Source of the DNA: Tricharina praecox
Lineage: Eukaryota
Reading direction: 5' to 3'
NCBI RefSeq assembly: GCF_024521635.1
Contig: NW_026250420.1
Coordinates: forward strand, 310,001 to 374,000
Length of the DNA stretch: 64,000 nucleotides
Of this stretch, positions 27,421 through 40,900 are shown one piece after another; position 1 is the stretch's first letter, and each line of letters opens with the position of its first letter. A program made the translations under genes and the position numbers. A model generated the notes under the pieces. That model was not told the origin of the DNA. It searched no databases and was given only the letters and a program-made list of their open reading frames with translations.

Positions 27421-28959
27421 CTTAGACTGGCTGGTACCCCCCCACCCCCCCCCCCCCCCCCCCCCCGAGGACCGGAAGATAGGTAGTTATACGGGAACCT
27501 CCTAACCAGACCTCCGAGAATGCAGCACTGGAGAGGGACCCTACATGCCCTATCAACGGACAGGAGAGAGAGACGGGGCCAGAGCAGACATGGTACGACG
27601 CACGGAGAAGCTCCTGATCCCAGGAGGCATCGACCACGAGGAGAAAGGAGACCCGCTCTTTCTCCCAACGACGACAGCAACAGACCACCAACAAGCCTCA
27701 GGCCCGTCCATAGACTGGGTTGCTGTTGGAGCCAGCGCCAGAGCATAGCTGAAAAAGCAGACGGAACGAGGAATCGAGATTCCAGAGGAGACGGAGAGGG
27801 ACAAGGACCTGGACGATATGGTCACGATGGGCGGAGGAGGGAGTGGCCGGGTTGGATTGATGCGTTTGAGCAATCCCTTTACATTTATTCCCCTTGGTGC
27901 ACATAACAAGAGGACGGGGCGGGGAGAGTAGTGAGACGTCGAGCTGGTAGCCAGCGGTCGGAGACATTGGCGTAGAACACGATATGTATTTGCCATGATC
28001 GAATAAGGCCGAATGCAATGACGATTAAACAAAAAAACCCCTTTCCATCATGAAAGAGCACTCTGGGGGTTGAGTTCTGCAGGCATTCCATCGTACTTAG
28101 TGTAAATAATCTGGGTATCATTCCTCCCTCCCCCATCTCCGTCTCCCTTTCCCTCTCTCTCCTCCTCAGGCCTCGCGAGTCCCTCCTTCAAAAAAAAACC
28201 AAAAACCAAAAACCAAAAAACGCACCAGATCCAAAGTCTAGTTATCACTTCACCTTACACCTTACAACATGCCCCATACAACATGCCCATACAACATGCC
28301 CATACATATGCATATACTTTCAGTGCGATCAAGGTTAGGTACCTGGTACATAAGATATACATAAGTTTTCCATCGCACCTCCCCCCTCCCCTCCATTCAG
28401 AAACCGAAGCAAAAAGAGAAAGAAAAACACATATGGGAATTCATATTTCCTTTCCACGACCTCGCAGCAGGATAGTTACAAGCGGACAAACAGAAAGCCA
28501 TCCCATCCCCGAAAACAAAACGAAAGGTATATGATACGATATATATAAAACAACAAGATGCTCATCTCATCAACTCTCACACTTCACCCTCACACTTCAC
28601 ATTCACACTCTCTCGCCCGCCTACCCGCCTGCCCGCCCATCCACCCACCATACCATGCTATAAAACACCAGTTCAATCAACCAATCAAGCAAAGGAACCA
28701 CCCACCCACCCACCCACATCACATCACGAAATAAATAAAACAATAAAACAAAGACCTCCGACCCGACTATCACCCGATTCCCCCCACTTAACTTAGCTTA
28801 ACTTAACTGTCCACCGCCCGGCACGACTCACGACTAGGTAGGTATGTGTTTCTCAGATGCAGAACAAGACAAGACAAGACAAGGACAAGAGACAAGAGAC
28901 AAATGAACCGTTAAACCCCCACCACATGCATGCTAAAGAACAAAAGGAAGAAATGGAAA

Positions 28960-28960
<1 letters not shown>

Positions 28961-28990
<30 letters not shown>

Positions 28991-29144
28991 AAGAAGGAAA
29001 AACAAAACAAAATATACTTGCCGATGGGTAAGTAAGTAAGTACACAAGTAAATAGGTATCCTCGATGTAGAAAAGAAAACAAAAAGACAGACAGGAAAAA
29101 ACGCGGAAACAGAAAACAAAACAAAACAAAAAGTTGCAGGAGGA

Positions 29145-29201
<57 letters not shown>
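28961..29201. repeat. (GAA)n (28961-28995) and (GAT)n (29144-29201) microsatellites downstream of the TF stop codon
   Basis: Read directly. Confidence 0.92.
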
Positions 29202-29202
<1 letters not shown>

Positions 29203-29215
29203 GCTTCCTTCCTTC

Positions 29216-32200
29216 CTAGTTCGATATGTCTCCCGTGGTGATGTTGATGCAGTTCTTGAGCAGCCGCGCTGCCTCGATCAGCAGTTCCCACCGACACTGC
29301 ACAAACATCTCCTGTAGCGTCACTAGCAAGCCTAAGCACGCGTTCTTATTCAGCATACCGCCGAGCTCCGTCGGCGACTTCAGGAGCCCCGCCGCCTTCA
29401 GGAAAGTCCGCATGGAGGCGAAGGCCTCTTGCTGATTGGCCGGCATGCGAACCGGTTGTTCGAGCGACCCTTCGAGAGCATACCCGTACGACCAGACGAC
29501 CAGACAGGCAACATACAGAACCCACGGCCGGTTGAGGAGATGGTCGTCGCGCGCAGAGTACACTGGCACCCCGGTGGTGCTACCGGCAACGCTCATGGTT
29601 CGCGAGTTCGGCGTTGGCGGCTGGTCGTCGTTGTCGTCGTACTGCATATCCGCCCGTTCTTCCGGCAGCAACACCTTGCTGAGGAACTGAAGCGCGTAGA
29701 AAGCGGCATCTCGTGCTTGAGCCGTCGGCGCCCATTGCTTGACCTTTTTCCGCGTGTTTTCGGCATCATGGCGGGTAATCGATCGGCCAAGGAGTCGGCG
29801 GGCTCCCGCGTAGATTTGAAGGTCGACGATGTCGACGTGCATGGACATGTGGGCGAGGTGATGCAGCACGATGCGGCTCTCAAAGATGTTCTCGTGCTCG
29901 ATATCCCCGGTCGCATAGTAGACACCGCCAATGTTCTGGTGCCGGAGTTTGTCCAACGAGGTGTCAAAATCCTTCTTCCAATGGTCGAACGACTGTGTTA
30001 GGGTAGCACGCCATCTCTCCTTGCCGCCGAGTTGCTGTACCACACCTAGCGAAGATATCTGCACATCTCGCTGATTGAGGTGCCATCCAACGCTCAACAA
30101 GCCGGACATGAGAATCGTACGGCCGAATGCATTTGTCGAGACATGCTCCCCACGCAACGTTTTGCGCAGACCTTCCAGGAAAGTGGGGGTGTGGACGTTG
30201 TTCTGCAGCAGCGACTGTTGAATGCTGAAGACCTCCGAAGCGTTGTTCGCGGCCCACAGCGTTTCATCGCACGGCAGCTGGAGTCTCATCTCGTGTGCAA
30301 CCATGACCGCCGAGTGACCGAACATGGTGGCATGGGTGGCATCAATCACAAACGCCGCAAACGCCACGCGTTTCGTCGCCTCCTGCATGATCCACCGATT
30401 CCAAGCCTCGTCGCTACTGTTCCCCGTCCCGCCTCCCGGTTGTCCACTGAAGGTGATGCTGCTTCCATCGCTGCCGGATTTTGCGTCTCGGCCACTCTGC
30501 GGCGAATCGAATGCGCCGGAGCGCCCGGTAAGCGAGGAACCACGCCTCATCAGTGTCAACGTTGTCGCGTGGTGGATGTGCGCTCGTTCGTGAAGCCTCC
30601 TGTCAGCATACATCTTCTCGAACGTCTCGAGAAGAAGCAACGCCTGAAATACCCAAAGTTTAGCTGGGGGCCGGAAATCCTCCTCGCCGAATATTGTCCA
30701 GCGCATGTTGCGGGACACCAGGTTGGCCATATCCATCGCCACGAGCGCCATATCCGGCTCGTGCTTGATGTCTATGCAAGCAGCCCCGATGATGATGACG
30801 CACAGGAGCAACACATCCGGCGTCTTTTCGGTCGAGAATGTTGGACGATGCAGTATCGGAAGCTGGGGATGAAAGTGTGCCCAATAGAGCGAGATGTACG
30901 TTTGCATCATGGAGAGGCTGAGGGGGTGTCTCTCGTCCTCGGCCGACGATCCCGACAGGATCCCTTCGGGGAAGTTGGATTGGACGTCTGCGAATCCATC
31001 CACCATGTACAGCACCTGCTGCCGCTTGTTGTCGGAAAGAAGCGATTCCTGCGGCGGGCTCGGTGGTGCGATGGTATTTATGTTCATCGGATGCGTGTTG
31101 AGAGACGTACTGAAGAAAGTGTGTTGATAGTCCTGCACACCATAGATGTCCTGGGGAATGCCTTGGATGTCCAGGTTGTAGGGGTTGCCCATGGCCATCT
31201 GATTGCCGCCGGGATCAGCGCCCATCAGCATGTCCAGCCAATCTCCGGCCATTCCAGCGACATGTCCCCATTGCGGCGATCGGCTGTAGCCGGATTCGCC
31301 AAACACGGGGATGGTGTACTGCAGAGACATGGGATCCAACGGATCCATCGACTGGGTCGTCGCGGCTGCGATCGACTGCTCCATCGAGATCGTTGTGGCT
31401 CCGGGGGGGATGTAGCTGTGTCCCGAAACGGTCGTAGCCGGGTGACTGAGGCTTGGATATGCCGGTTGCGGGAGTGCGAATGGCTGGTATCCCGGCTGGT
31501 TCGCGAATTGGGCGCCCGAACTCTGAGCTGGCGCCGATGCCGGCTGAGCCGGAGCCGGAGCGTTGTTGCCCAAGCTGGAGCTGAACGACGTCGCCGAGGA
31601 GGGTGCTGGTGACGCTGTATACGGCGACTGGAGGGACAGTCCGTGCATGTTCGTCGTAGGAGTGGTGACGGCCTGGAGGGTTGGGCGGCTGAGCCCGGGC
31701 TTGTTCGAAACCACGTTCAGACCCGGTGGCTGGACGCGCGGACTGCGTCGCGCGCTGAACATCACCTCAGGACCGCTATTGTCGACCGATGCACTCACCG
31801 AGTTTTTGTCGCTAAACATGTGTTGAACGCTGGCCTCACTCGCCCGTCGCTGGGAGGGCGCGGAATCTGCCGTTATCCTGCGGTACTTGGCACGGTCTTC
31901 CCCTTCCAGGGACACTATCCCACCCATCATGGTTCCCACCGGCGCCGAATTCTTCCGTCTGGGGACCATTCCCCCGCCAGGATGAGGCGGCTGCGATGGG
32001 CTCTGAGCCTCTCTTTTAATCAGCATCGGCGCCGTCGGCGATTCGGGTGACAGCGAATACTTGCTGGGCAAGGTACTCTTCGGGTCGTTCATGCTTTTGA
32101 TATGTAGGCTTGTCCGCTCCAGGTTGTCCTTGCGTTGCAGATGCGAGCCTCGATTTGTATGTCGCTCTCGATGCCGCGTGCATAGGTCTTGCCGAACGAA

Positions 32201-32877
32201 CGATCGCTTGCACTGGGGGAAATCGCAGAAATAAATCTGCTTGGGCTGATCTAGACCGGAGGAGTTAGCTGTTCCATTGCTCCTTGAGTATTCCGACCAT
32301 CCCCCTAAGTCAAAGACCGGCGACCTCCCAGCCCGCCGCCACCGCGCAGTTGCCCAGTCCCCAGTGCCCACTTCCAAGTGCCCACTCCCCACCACCACCT
32401 AACCCCACAACCCCCCATATCATCCATGTTACACCCCCCGCCTCCCAAGCCTTCGGTCGGATCACATGATGAAGGATGTCTTACGGTTCAATTGATGTCG
32501 GTACAGGTGCTCAGCGCGCGAGTACGACTTCCCGCAGCCGGGATAGGGACACTCGAACTTCTTGTCCAGGCCTTTCCGACTCCTCCGTCTCTTCCGCGTG
32601 GTCGGAGTTTCCGCACCGATCTGCCCACTCCCGGAGGTCTCGCTCCCCTCCATCATATCCCCGCCGGGCCCGTCACGACTCCGTTCCCGTCCCCGCGGGG
32701 CCTCCTCCATGTCATCCTGATAGCTTTCCGTGCTCTCGGCCGAGTGGTTTGCCGAATCGTGGTGGGATGCCATCTGCTCGCCGAGGTTCTGCGCCTGTGC
32801 TTGTAGCTGCTGCTGCATTCGCTGGTCCTCCGGCGACTGGGAGTGCTGATGTGGTAACAATTGCTGTTGCTGCTGCT

Positions 32878-32914
<37 letters not shown>

Positions 32915-33025
32915 CTGCTGGTCAGCGTGAAGGCCGCCAGCCGATCTTGGTGCTTGCATTCCCGAAACTCCGCTCACAGTGCCCGCCGCAATTTGAGACC
33001 CATTGACGTCCAATCCGATATGCAT
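29216..33025 (-). CDS. C2H2 zinc-finger transcription factor with fungal TF middle-homology domain (Klf1/Zas1/YPR022C-like; exons 33025-32485, 32250-29216)
   Basis: Finger 1 FECPYPGCGKSYSRAEHLYRHQLN|H is split by intron 32484-32251. Finger 2 is YFCDFPQCKRSFVRQDLCTRHRERH. Fungal_trans motif YWAHFHPQLPILHRPTF and N-terminal polyQ are present. The start codon is uncertain. Confidence 0.92.
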
Positions 33026-36000
33026 GTGAACCTCAAGCCTTTACTCCTTACTTCCTCAGCCGGCCACAACACGTGCGCCTCGCTAAGAGCAGTCCGGAGA
33101 GCTTGCTTTCTTTCTTGCTTTCCTTCTTTCTTTCCTTTCTTTCTTTCCTTTCTTTCTTTCTCTTTCGACGTACAGCTCTTCCTTCCTTCTTTATCGTCTG
33201 CTTCGTTCCCTTCCCACCACTTCGCACTCGCTCACACACACTCACACACGTACACACACGCACACACTCTTACCGTACGTGAAATGACGAGGTATCTATT
33301 CCGGCGGTGCGACTAGTTCTCGCAGTATGTATTCCGGTTGGACGGAAAAGGGAAGAGCAACCGCCCGAAGCGAAACGACGTGAAGAAACCAGGTACCGGG
33401 GGTCGGCACTCGGAGGTGTCTCCTCCGCGATCTGGTTTTTTTTCCGGCGCAGGCTGGCTTGTGAAGAATGGTTCAATCGACCCGAGGCGACAGCGGCGGT
33501 GGCGGGGCGACGGGCGACGGTGGAGGAGGACGACGCGAAGGGCGGGTGGTGAAGGGTGGGAGTGGGGGGGGTGGGGGATCTTGACACAGCGCAGATGGGG
33601 ATAAAAAAATATGGAACGGAAACGGAATGGGTAGAAACAAAACAGCTGGGTTGATTGCGATTGCGACTGGGACTGGGACTTGGACTTGGACTCGGACTGG
33701 GCGCAAGGACGAAACAGCTATTGTGGATGGATGTGCGTGATGGGAGGGGGGGTGAGTGTGGGTGGGTGGGTGGATGTATGTATGGGTGTGTGCGTGTGTG
33801 TGTGGGTATGCAAGGATCGCTTATTTGCAAACACTCAGCAGCAGGTTCGAAGCAGCAGCAGCAATGAGAGGAAACGTTTTCCGGCCGGCGGCGAACGAAA
33901 TCGGCGAGGTTTGGACGGGGGAGGGGGTGGGGATTGTAGATGACAGTGAGCGGCGCAAGCTACGGGGATGTATACGTAGAATGAGGAGAGGGGGAGGAGG
34001 GGGAGAGGAGGAGGAGGAGGAGGTGGTGGTGGATGAGCAGGAGGTGGGTGAGGAAGAGGACGTGGAGGTGGAGGAGATGCGGTGGTGGTGGGTTGGTTCC
34101 TGGAGAAGAGCCGGGGGGCTATTCGAATCGGCGAAGAATGGATGGATGCTGACTGAAGGCTGGTGAGAGGAGGGGTCCCGGTTGTCTTGTCGACGTCTTG
34201 CCTTCCCTGACTGGCACGTTTTCGCGAGCGCTCTTAAGAGATAAACTAGGCAGTGGCAGCACACTGGAGTACGAGGCAAAGTACTCTACTTGATAGTGGA
34301 CCCTTTTCCTGCGAGGTGGGTTGTGTAGTGTAGTGGTGGGGCGTGGATAGAGGAAGGAGGGTGGTGGTGGAGGTTTTGTTGTGGTGGTAGTGGTGGTGGA
34401 GGAGGTGTTGGTGGTGGTGGAGTTGGTGGTGGTGGTGGTAGTCTTTTTCTCCTTCTTCGGTAGAGAGCGAGAGACCGAGTCGATTATTGGCCATGGGTGC
34501 TTTTGGGGATGGTTCGGTGGTGCTGATCGGAAAAAGACCTTGCAACAGAGACGAGGTCGTTAGAGTGGTTACCGAGAGTCCATAGGTGCGCTACGAGGCT
34601 ATAGACTGTATGTATCTATCCACGAACGACTCGGTAAGTATCAGTTGCAGTCGCTGTGGCTGTGGCCGAGAAACCTTCAAATACATACGAATGACGATAG
34701 TCTCGGCGGAGAATCGAGATGCCTATGCGCATCCCCAGAGTACCGGTAGTAGAGTAGCCATCTCACTGCGGATAGATCACATGGAGCCTACTCCAACTAC
34801 TCCAGACTCCAGAGTACGATGCATATTTCTCCAGCCCCAAGCCCCATCCTCCGCCTTTCGTTCGTTCGTTTGACTTCTCACTTACCTACAAACCTCCTTG
34901 CCAGGTATGTACCATACCCATCCCGCCAGGACCGACTTTATGTACTCGCAATTGTCCTGCTGCTGTCTGGCTGCTGGTTTACAGTACAGTATGTAGCCAA
35001 CTAGAGTAGTGCAGGCGTAGTTACCTGTACTCCTACATAGTGACACAAACCCAAAGTGAGAGCGTGACTCTAGAGTCTGGGAGTCTGGATGGTAGTTAAC
35101 GCTGATTTGAGCTTGGGGCGGAAGGGAAGGGGAGGGGGGCTGTGGAAGCGACAAAGTTATTACGCAATCGTAATGCGACGTCCGTCCGTCTGTCCAGTCC
35201 ACGAACTCTTCTCCCCGAGGGCAAAATACACACACACACTCACATGAGTAGGGGGGTATGCTGCTGCTGGCTGCTGGCTGCTGGCTGCTGGCTGCTAGTA
35301 GGTAGGCGTGAGAGGGATGGACTGGACGGGCATGGACTGGACGGGCATGGCACTCCCCCCCACCCACCCGCCAATGCCCGGGCACATGTCCACGACGGTG
35401 CAAGTGGAACTTGAACAACGACGACGACGACGATGGGCGTGGGAGTGGGAGTGGGCGGGCGGATAAGGCTCGAGACGGAGCCTGGAGGGAATGGAAGGCA
35501 GGCAGGCAGAGGATGGGGCTCGTTCAGTTGCTGCGTTTGTGATATGTACAGTTGTATGCACTGTATGTAACTGGTGGTCATGCTATATACAACGGCGGGA
35601 TTGGACTGGTGGGGAAATCGCGAGGACAGCAACAGCAACAGCAGCCCTTTTTTCTTTCTTTCTTTCTTTCTTTACGAAATCGTCACCGATTGAAGAAAGA
35701 AAAAATGAAGCGGTCGTGGATACTGGTACCAGCGCTGTGCTGCTGTTTCTTCTTCTTCTTCTCGAACAGCGAGCTCGAGAGTCGAGGATCAGAAACGCAA
35801 CTACAGTACCTAACTGCAGTAACCTCATACGAGCGGCCACTCGCCCCGCTCGCTCCCCACATCGCGGCGGAGCCAAGATCTCGAGGCCGGAGGATCTCAC
35901 AGCGTCACTACCGGTAGGCATGTACCACTATATAGTCACATAGAGTAGGAGGCACCTAGGTGAAGCAGCAAAGATCTAGCCCAGCCCATCTCGCAGAGCG

Positions 36001-37907
36001 GAGAATTCAAACTGCGGAGAAGAAGAAGAAGAAGAAGAAGAAGGAGAAGGAGAAGAAGAACATAGGTATCATACAAACGTAAGCACCATAAGCACCGTAA
36101 GCACCGTATGTACCGTATGTATGTGTGTATGTACGCACCCAAGTACCGTAATATCCCCACAAAAACTCGAAGCACTCTACTATGATCCCATCTGCAGAGT
36201 TTAACGGCGGAGGTACCGCGCGCGCACTCTATCCCTGGTGGTGGAGTAGAGTACTCTACCTACTCTACTCTAGGTACTCTATGGTATGATAGTAGATCCC
36301 CTGACGTCTCGACTCTCCGCAATATGAAATTTCGCTGATCGCCTGCAGACACACCACACACACGTAACTACTGGCGCCCCTCATTCGCGGGCCCCACAGA
36401 AGCAAAAAATGGTGCCAGGTGCCAGGTGCTGTCCGGCTGGCTGGCTGGCTGGCTGGCTGACACGCCTAGATCGCACCAGCACCCGTTTTTTTCTCTCTTT
36501 CGATCTGCTCCAGCCAATTGCGCAGCGCTGACAGGAGAAAAAATTCTTTCAGGTTGCAGGCTGCTGCTGCTGCACTGCACAACTCACGAGATGACGAAGG
36601 ATGGAACTGCGACTGGCATGCAGTTGCTGTGGGGAAGAAAAGTGCAGGCTGCAGCTTGGTAACTAATAGAGTACCGTATGTATGTAGCATGCTTGGATGG
36701 CACAGCAAACCCTAATGGATGCCTCGCCGCCGGCAGGGTAATTGCCAGCAGCCAAAGAGTTGATTCGATCATTCGAGGGGAAAGAGTGCTCGCTCTTGCG
36801 CGAATAGTATGTATCATACATACATGACTCGAGTAAGCGGCCATCACTCGCTACTGACATGTCACTGTGAGGCGCAGATACGGATTCGCCGGCTACTCTG
36901 GGTACATAGCTGGGGTGCTGACTACTACTCTAGGTATAGGCAGCAGAACGGCGACTATCATCCGCTCTCTCTCATACATACCGCCTCATTGCCCCGCCTC
37001 GAATGGGACGCGAGCAGGGCAGCCTTACCCGACGAGACGAGACGAGACGAGGCCGATCGCAACAGCACATATGTATCTAGCAACCAGGACCTTGCCGCTG
37101 CTGCTGCTGTGAAATGAACCCCGCAAAAGCGTAGCCAGTAGCCAGTTCGCCGTTGTATGTAGCGTAGTGTACCTATTGTACTACGACTGTGCCGTCGATC
37201 AATTCAATGGCAACAACCCCGCACAGGACCGCACAGGGACCGCACAGGGACCACGATTGGACCCATGGATGGGCATGTAGGGGAAAACGAAGCCCAGCGG
37301 CCCAGCCCGACAACGGCGAACGAGAGGTCTCCGGACTTGGCGCCCGCACAAGCAATAATGGCTATTGGCGGCTCCGTGCGCGCATGGCATCGCCTAGGGC
37401 CGGCCGCGGGCGTGCTGCAGCCGCAAGTAGGTAGGCCAGAGCTACGGTACTCTACTCTACTCACCTATAGCCAGGCCACGGGGTGTCTGTTCCGTATGTA
37501 ACTGCTGCTCCACTGTGCTCCAGAGTATGTACCGCGGACCGCAGTAGGGTGGTTAGCGTAGGTATTGTATGGTACATACAGTACTCTACAGCTCCAGCTC
37601 CAGCTCCCAGCGGCAATTAGTCACCTCAAAAAAACAATGACAACTTGGCAACTGATGTAGCAAGAAACATGCAGAATCCAATTGCATCCTAGTTTTCTGC
37701 AGCGCATACCACGATCCATCGTTCGATCCCTCCAATTACCGTATTCTCCACAGAGTGCCAGCCGTGATGTCCGCCCTTCGATACCTAAGTACCTACCCCA
37801 CACCTAAAGGCTGAACCCGTGGGGTAGGAGCATTAGTAGAGTACACATCTTGCTGGTATGTAACACACTCCGTTTGACACTCTTTTCTCTTTTCTTTTTT
37901 GCTTCTA

Positions 37908-37987
37908 GCAGGTTGGCAGGTTGGCAGGTTGGCAGGTTGGCAGGTTGACAGGTTGGCAGGTTGCAAGTTGCAAGTTGCAAGTTGCAA
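37908..37987. repeat. (GCAGGTTG)n octamer array grading into (GCAAGTT)n heptamers
   Basis: Read directly. Confidence 0.85.
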
Positions 37988-40900
37988 CTCCTCTACCGAA
38001 CCCATCCACGGAATCTTGCTCATGCTGCTTCTCCTCACAGAAACGTTTGTCGAACGCACACACATACATACACACATACCTACTCCCGGGGTCATTTCCT
38101 TTTCCGTGTGGCCACTGGCCACTGGCAGAATCGATGTCCCACTCGCTCGTAGCGCACGATTTGTAAGTAACTTTTCTGGCATCCCCGTGGTGCCTATACT
38201 ACCTGACTACTATATAGATAGTCCTATGAGTACGTTACTCTGTGATACTACATACCGTGACCTTACTCCAACTACATACCTTACTCCAGCTGCATACATA
38301 CCCAGAGGCTAGCTCCCCCCACCAGCAGAAATTCCAAGCAGCCAGGCAGCGGGCAGTGGGCAGCGGACCGGGCCCGCTGCCCGCACACTCGACTGGCCGA
38401 CTGGCCGACTGGCTGGCTGGATGCATGGAAGATTCCATCGGAAGCCAAGTTCCAAGATCCAACGACAGTTAACGACAGCCCCAACGACTCCTCAAAGCTG
38501 ACTCCTTCAAAAGAACCGCGGCCAGTTTCGTTCCGCTTCGCACGCTCGCTCGCACACTCGCCCACCGGCCGTCATTTTGACTCCCGAGCACACCATCCAT
38601 CCATCCATTCACGGGTGTTGGTGTATTGTACATACCGATATGTAAAAAGTTATGCAGAGTGCGTCCGTACTACGAGTCTACGACCATACCTACGGTAGTG
38701 GGTATGTGATGGATTTCGAACATCGCCCTGGAATTCATAGGTACCGCGGGGGATGTGGAGTACATACCGGTTCTCTGCGAGCCGCACCGCCGTCGCACCG
38801 GTTGCTGTTGCGAAGGTTATTCCTGTTTGGTTCTTGCTCCGTGTTCCAGACTGGAATTCCAGTTCGGAAGGTTCAAGGACTCAACGACTCAAGGGGAGAA
38901 GGAAGGAGCGGAAGAAAGAAGAAAGAAGATAAAGAAGGAGGAGACAAAAAGGAAAGGAAAGGACGACAGAAGTGACAGCAAGGCTGGCTGGAAGGAAGAA
39001 AAGAAACAGGCCTGACCCACAGCCAGTGAGCCACTGCGTTTCTTTCTTCCTTTTTCTACAGCAAAAGTGCAACCCGACGTCAACGACAACCTGTCCCAAT
39101 CCCCGACTCCCCACGTGCTGTTGCTGTGTTGCTGTTCGGGGCAGGCAGGAGAAAAAGAAGCAGGTTGTCCACATTTGATGACTCGATGTTTGAGATCGCA
39201 TTGCAGGCCGATATGTATGCGCCATGACCGTGACCACGACTGCACGCACGCAGTCTATGGCAACAAGCAATACCTACCTACTCTACATAACTTTCAGAAA
39301 ACAAAAACAAACAGAGATGACGATGACGAGCTCGTCGTCGACAGAGCCACGGCCACGAGATTCTACCTGCCTGCAGAGCGCACATATTCTACAGGAGTGC
39401 AGCACCAAGAGCTGCCACCACAATCCGCACGCAGAGCACACGCAACACGTGCATGAACGGTTGAAATTTCTATCATATGTGCCCAAGTACAATACATAAT
39501 TCTTACCCTGTGTACCGTACGGTATGCTGCATCCTCGTCGCTGCGGCCGGCCTTTCACCATTGGGGGGGAGGGGGAGTCTGGGATGGGGCGTCACATCGC
39601 ACAACAGTAGCAGCAGCAGAATTTTTTTTCCACGAATGCGGGGAAAAAGACGCTTGAGATGAAAGCAAAGCGACATGTGAAACATGGCGAATGAGATGTT
39701 GGCTAGGTAGGTAGCCGCACGGAGGAGTCCGCACCAGAGATTGGGCTGTAACTTGCTTCTTCGTAGGTAGCCTGTAGGCCTTCTCCGAGGGTGTGTGATT
39801 CGTGCATACCTTGATACACGCTTCTTACTTACTACTTGGTTACATACACCATACACACAATGGACGGATGGACAGCCGTTCTTTTCTACAGACTCTCAGC
39901 CTTCTGCCGAGTACATACCGTATGATGGTATCTACCTAGGTTTGCTCCAGTACCTATGCGGCAGCGACGAAAAGCTCTCTGCCAACTCCTCAGAATTCGC
40001 GCATCCAAGCAAGCTACCAAAGCATCCAAGTACCCAAGTATCATAGTACCCAGGTGCCCATAGGCCATGGATCGTGGACCGTGCAGCGCTGTCCGTTCAG
40101 CCAGCCCGCGGAAACCCCACCAGGAGGAGGAGAAAGCACGCACGTACCCACCTATGTATCCACCTACCCGCCCGTTGCCCTCCCGTTGCCCCCTCCCCCC
40201 TCCCCACCCCATCAACTCGCGACTAGCTACCACAGGTACAATACATACCCATCGCATGCGCGATGCAGGAGCTTGTCGCGCGTCCGAGTAGGCAAAGGAA
40301 GGAAAGTCTTACATAGGAACCACAGTGTGGAGCCTGGAGTGGAGGGAGTGACGTTCGTGCTACACAGGGGTGGGGGGTTGGTTCGGCCCACCCCCCAACC
40401 ACGCGGTTGAGTGGAGCCCGGCGGATTAAACGCCAGCCCGGGGCTGCACAGGCTCGTGGAGCTTGGAGGTGGTGGTGCTCGGCTGCTATGCGAGTAAGGC
40501 CTACTCTACTATACTCTAGTACTACAAGTGCCTGCCTATCATCACTTCGGTTCACTACCCCGCTGGCTAAAGGGATTGCATACATAGAGGGATGAGAGTA
40601 TGCACTCTGCATATATATGCAGGGGACCGTCGACGTCGACGAACTTACATATCATGCATATGTACACTACCTTGTTTACGCCGGTCTTGTTGAGCCCGGA
40701 CTAGACTGCAGATGCTACATATCATAGGTACATATATCACTGGTCGAGAAGTGCCATACTCTATGTACATACAAAGGTAGGATTTCTGCATGTCAACTGG
40801 GAGATGGCAGGCAGATAAGCCCGTACGTACCGTACATACACATGATACCGATACTCCAAGGTCGAGGCTTTTTACTCGTACACATGTAGAGTACATACAT

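Noticed and set aside
30080..31612. 510-aa plus-strand ORF antisense to the transcription factor
   Set aside because: Expected antisense open frame from codon bias, with no recognisable features.
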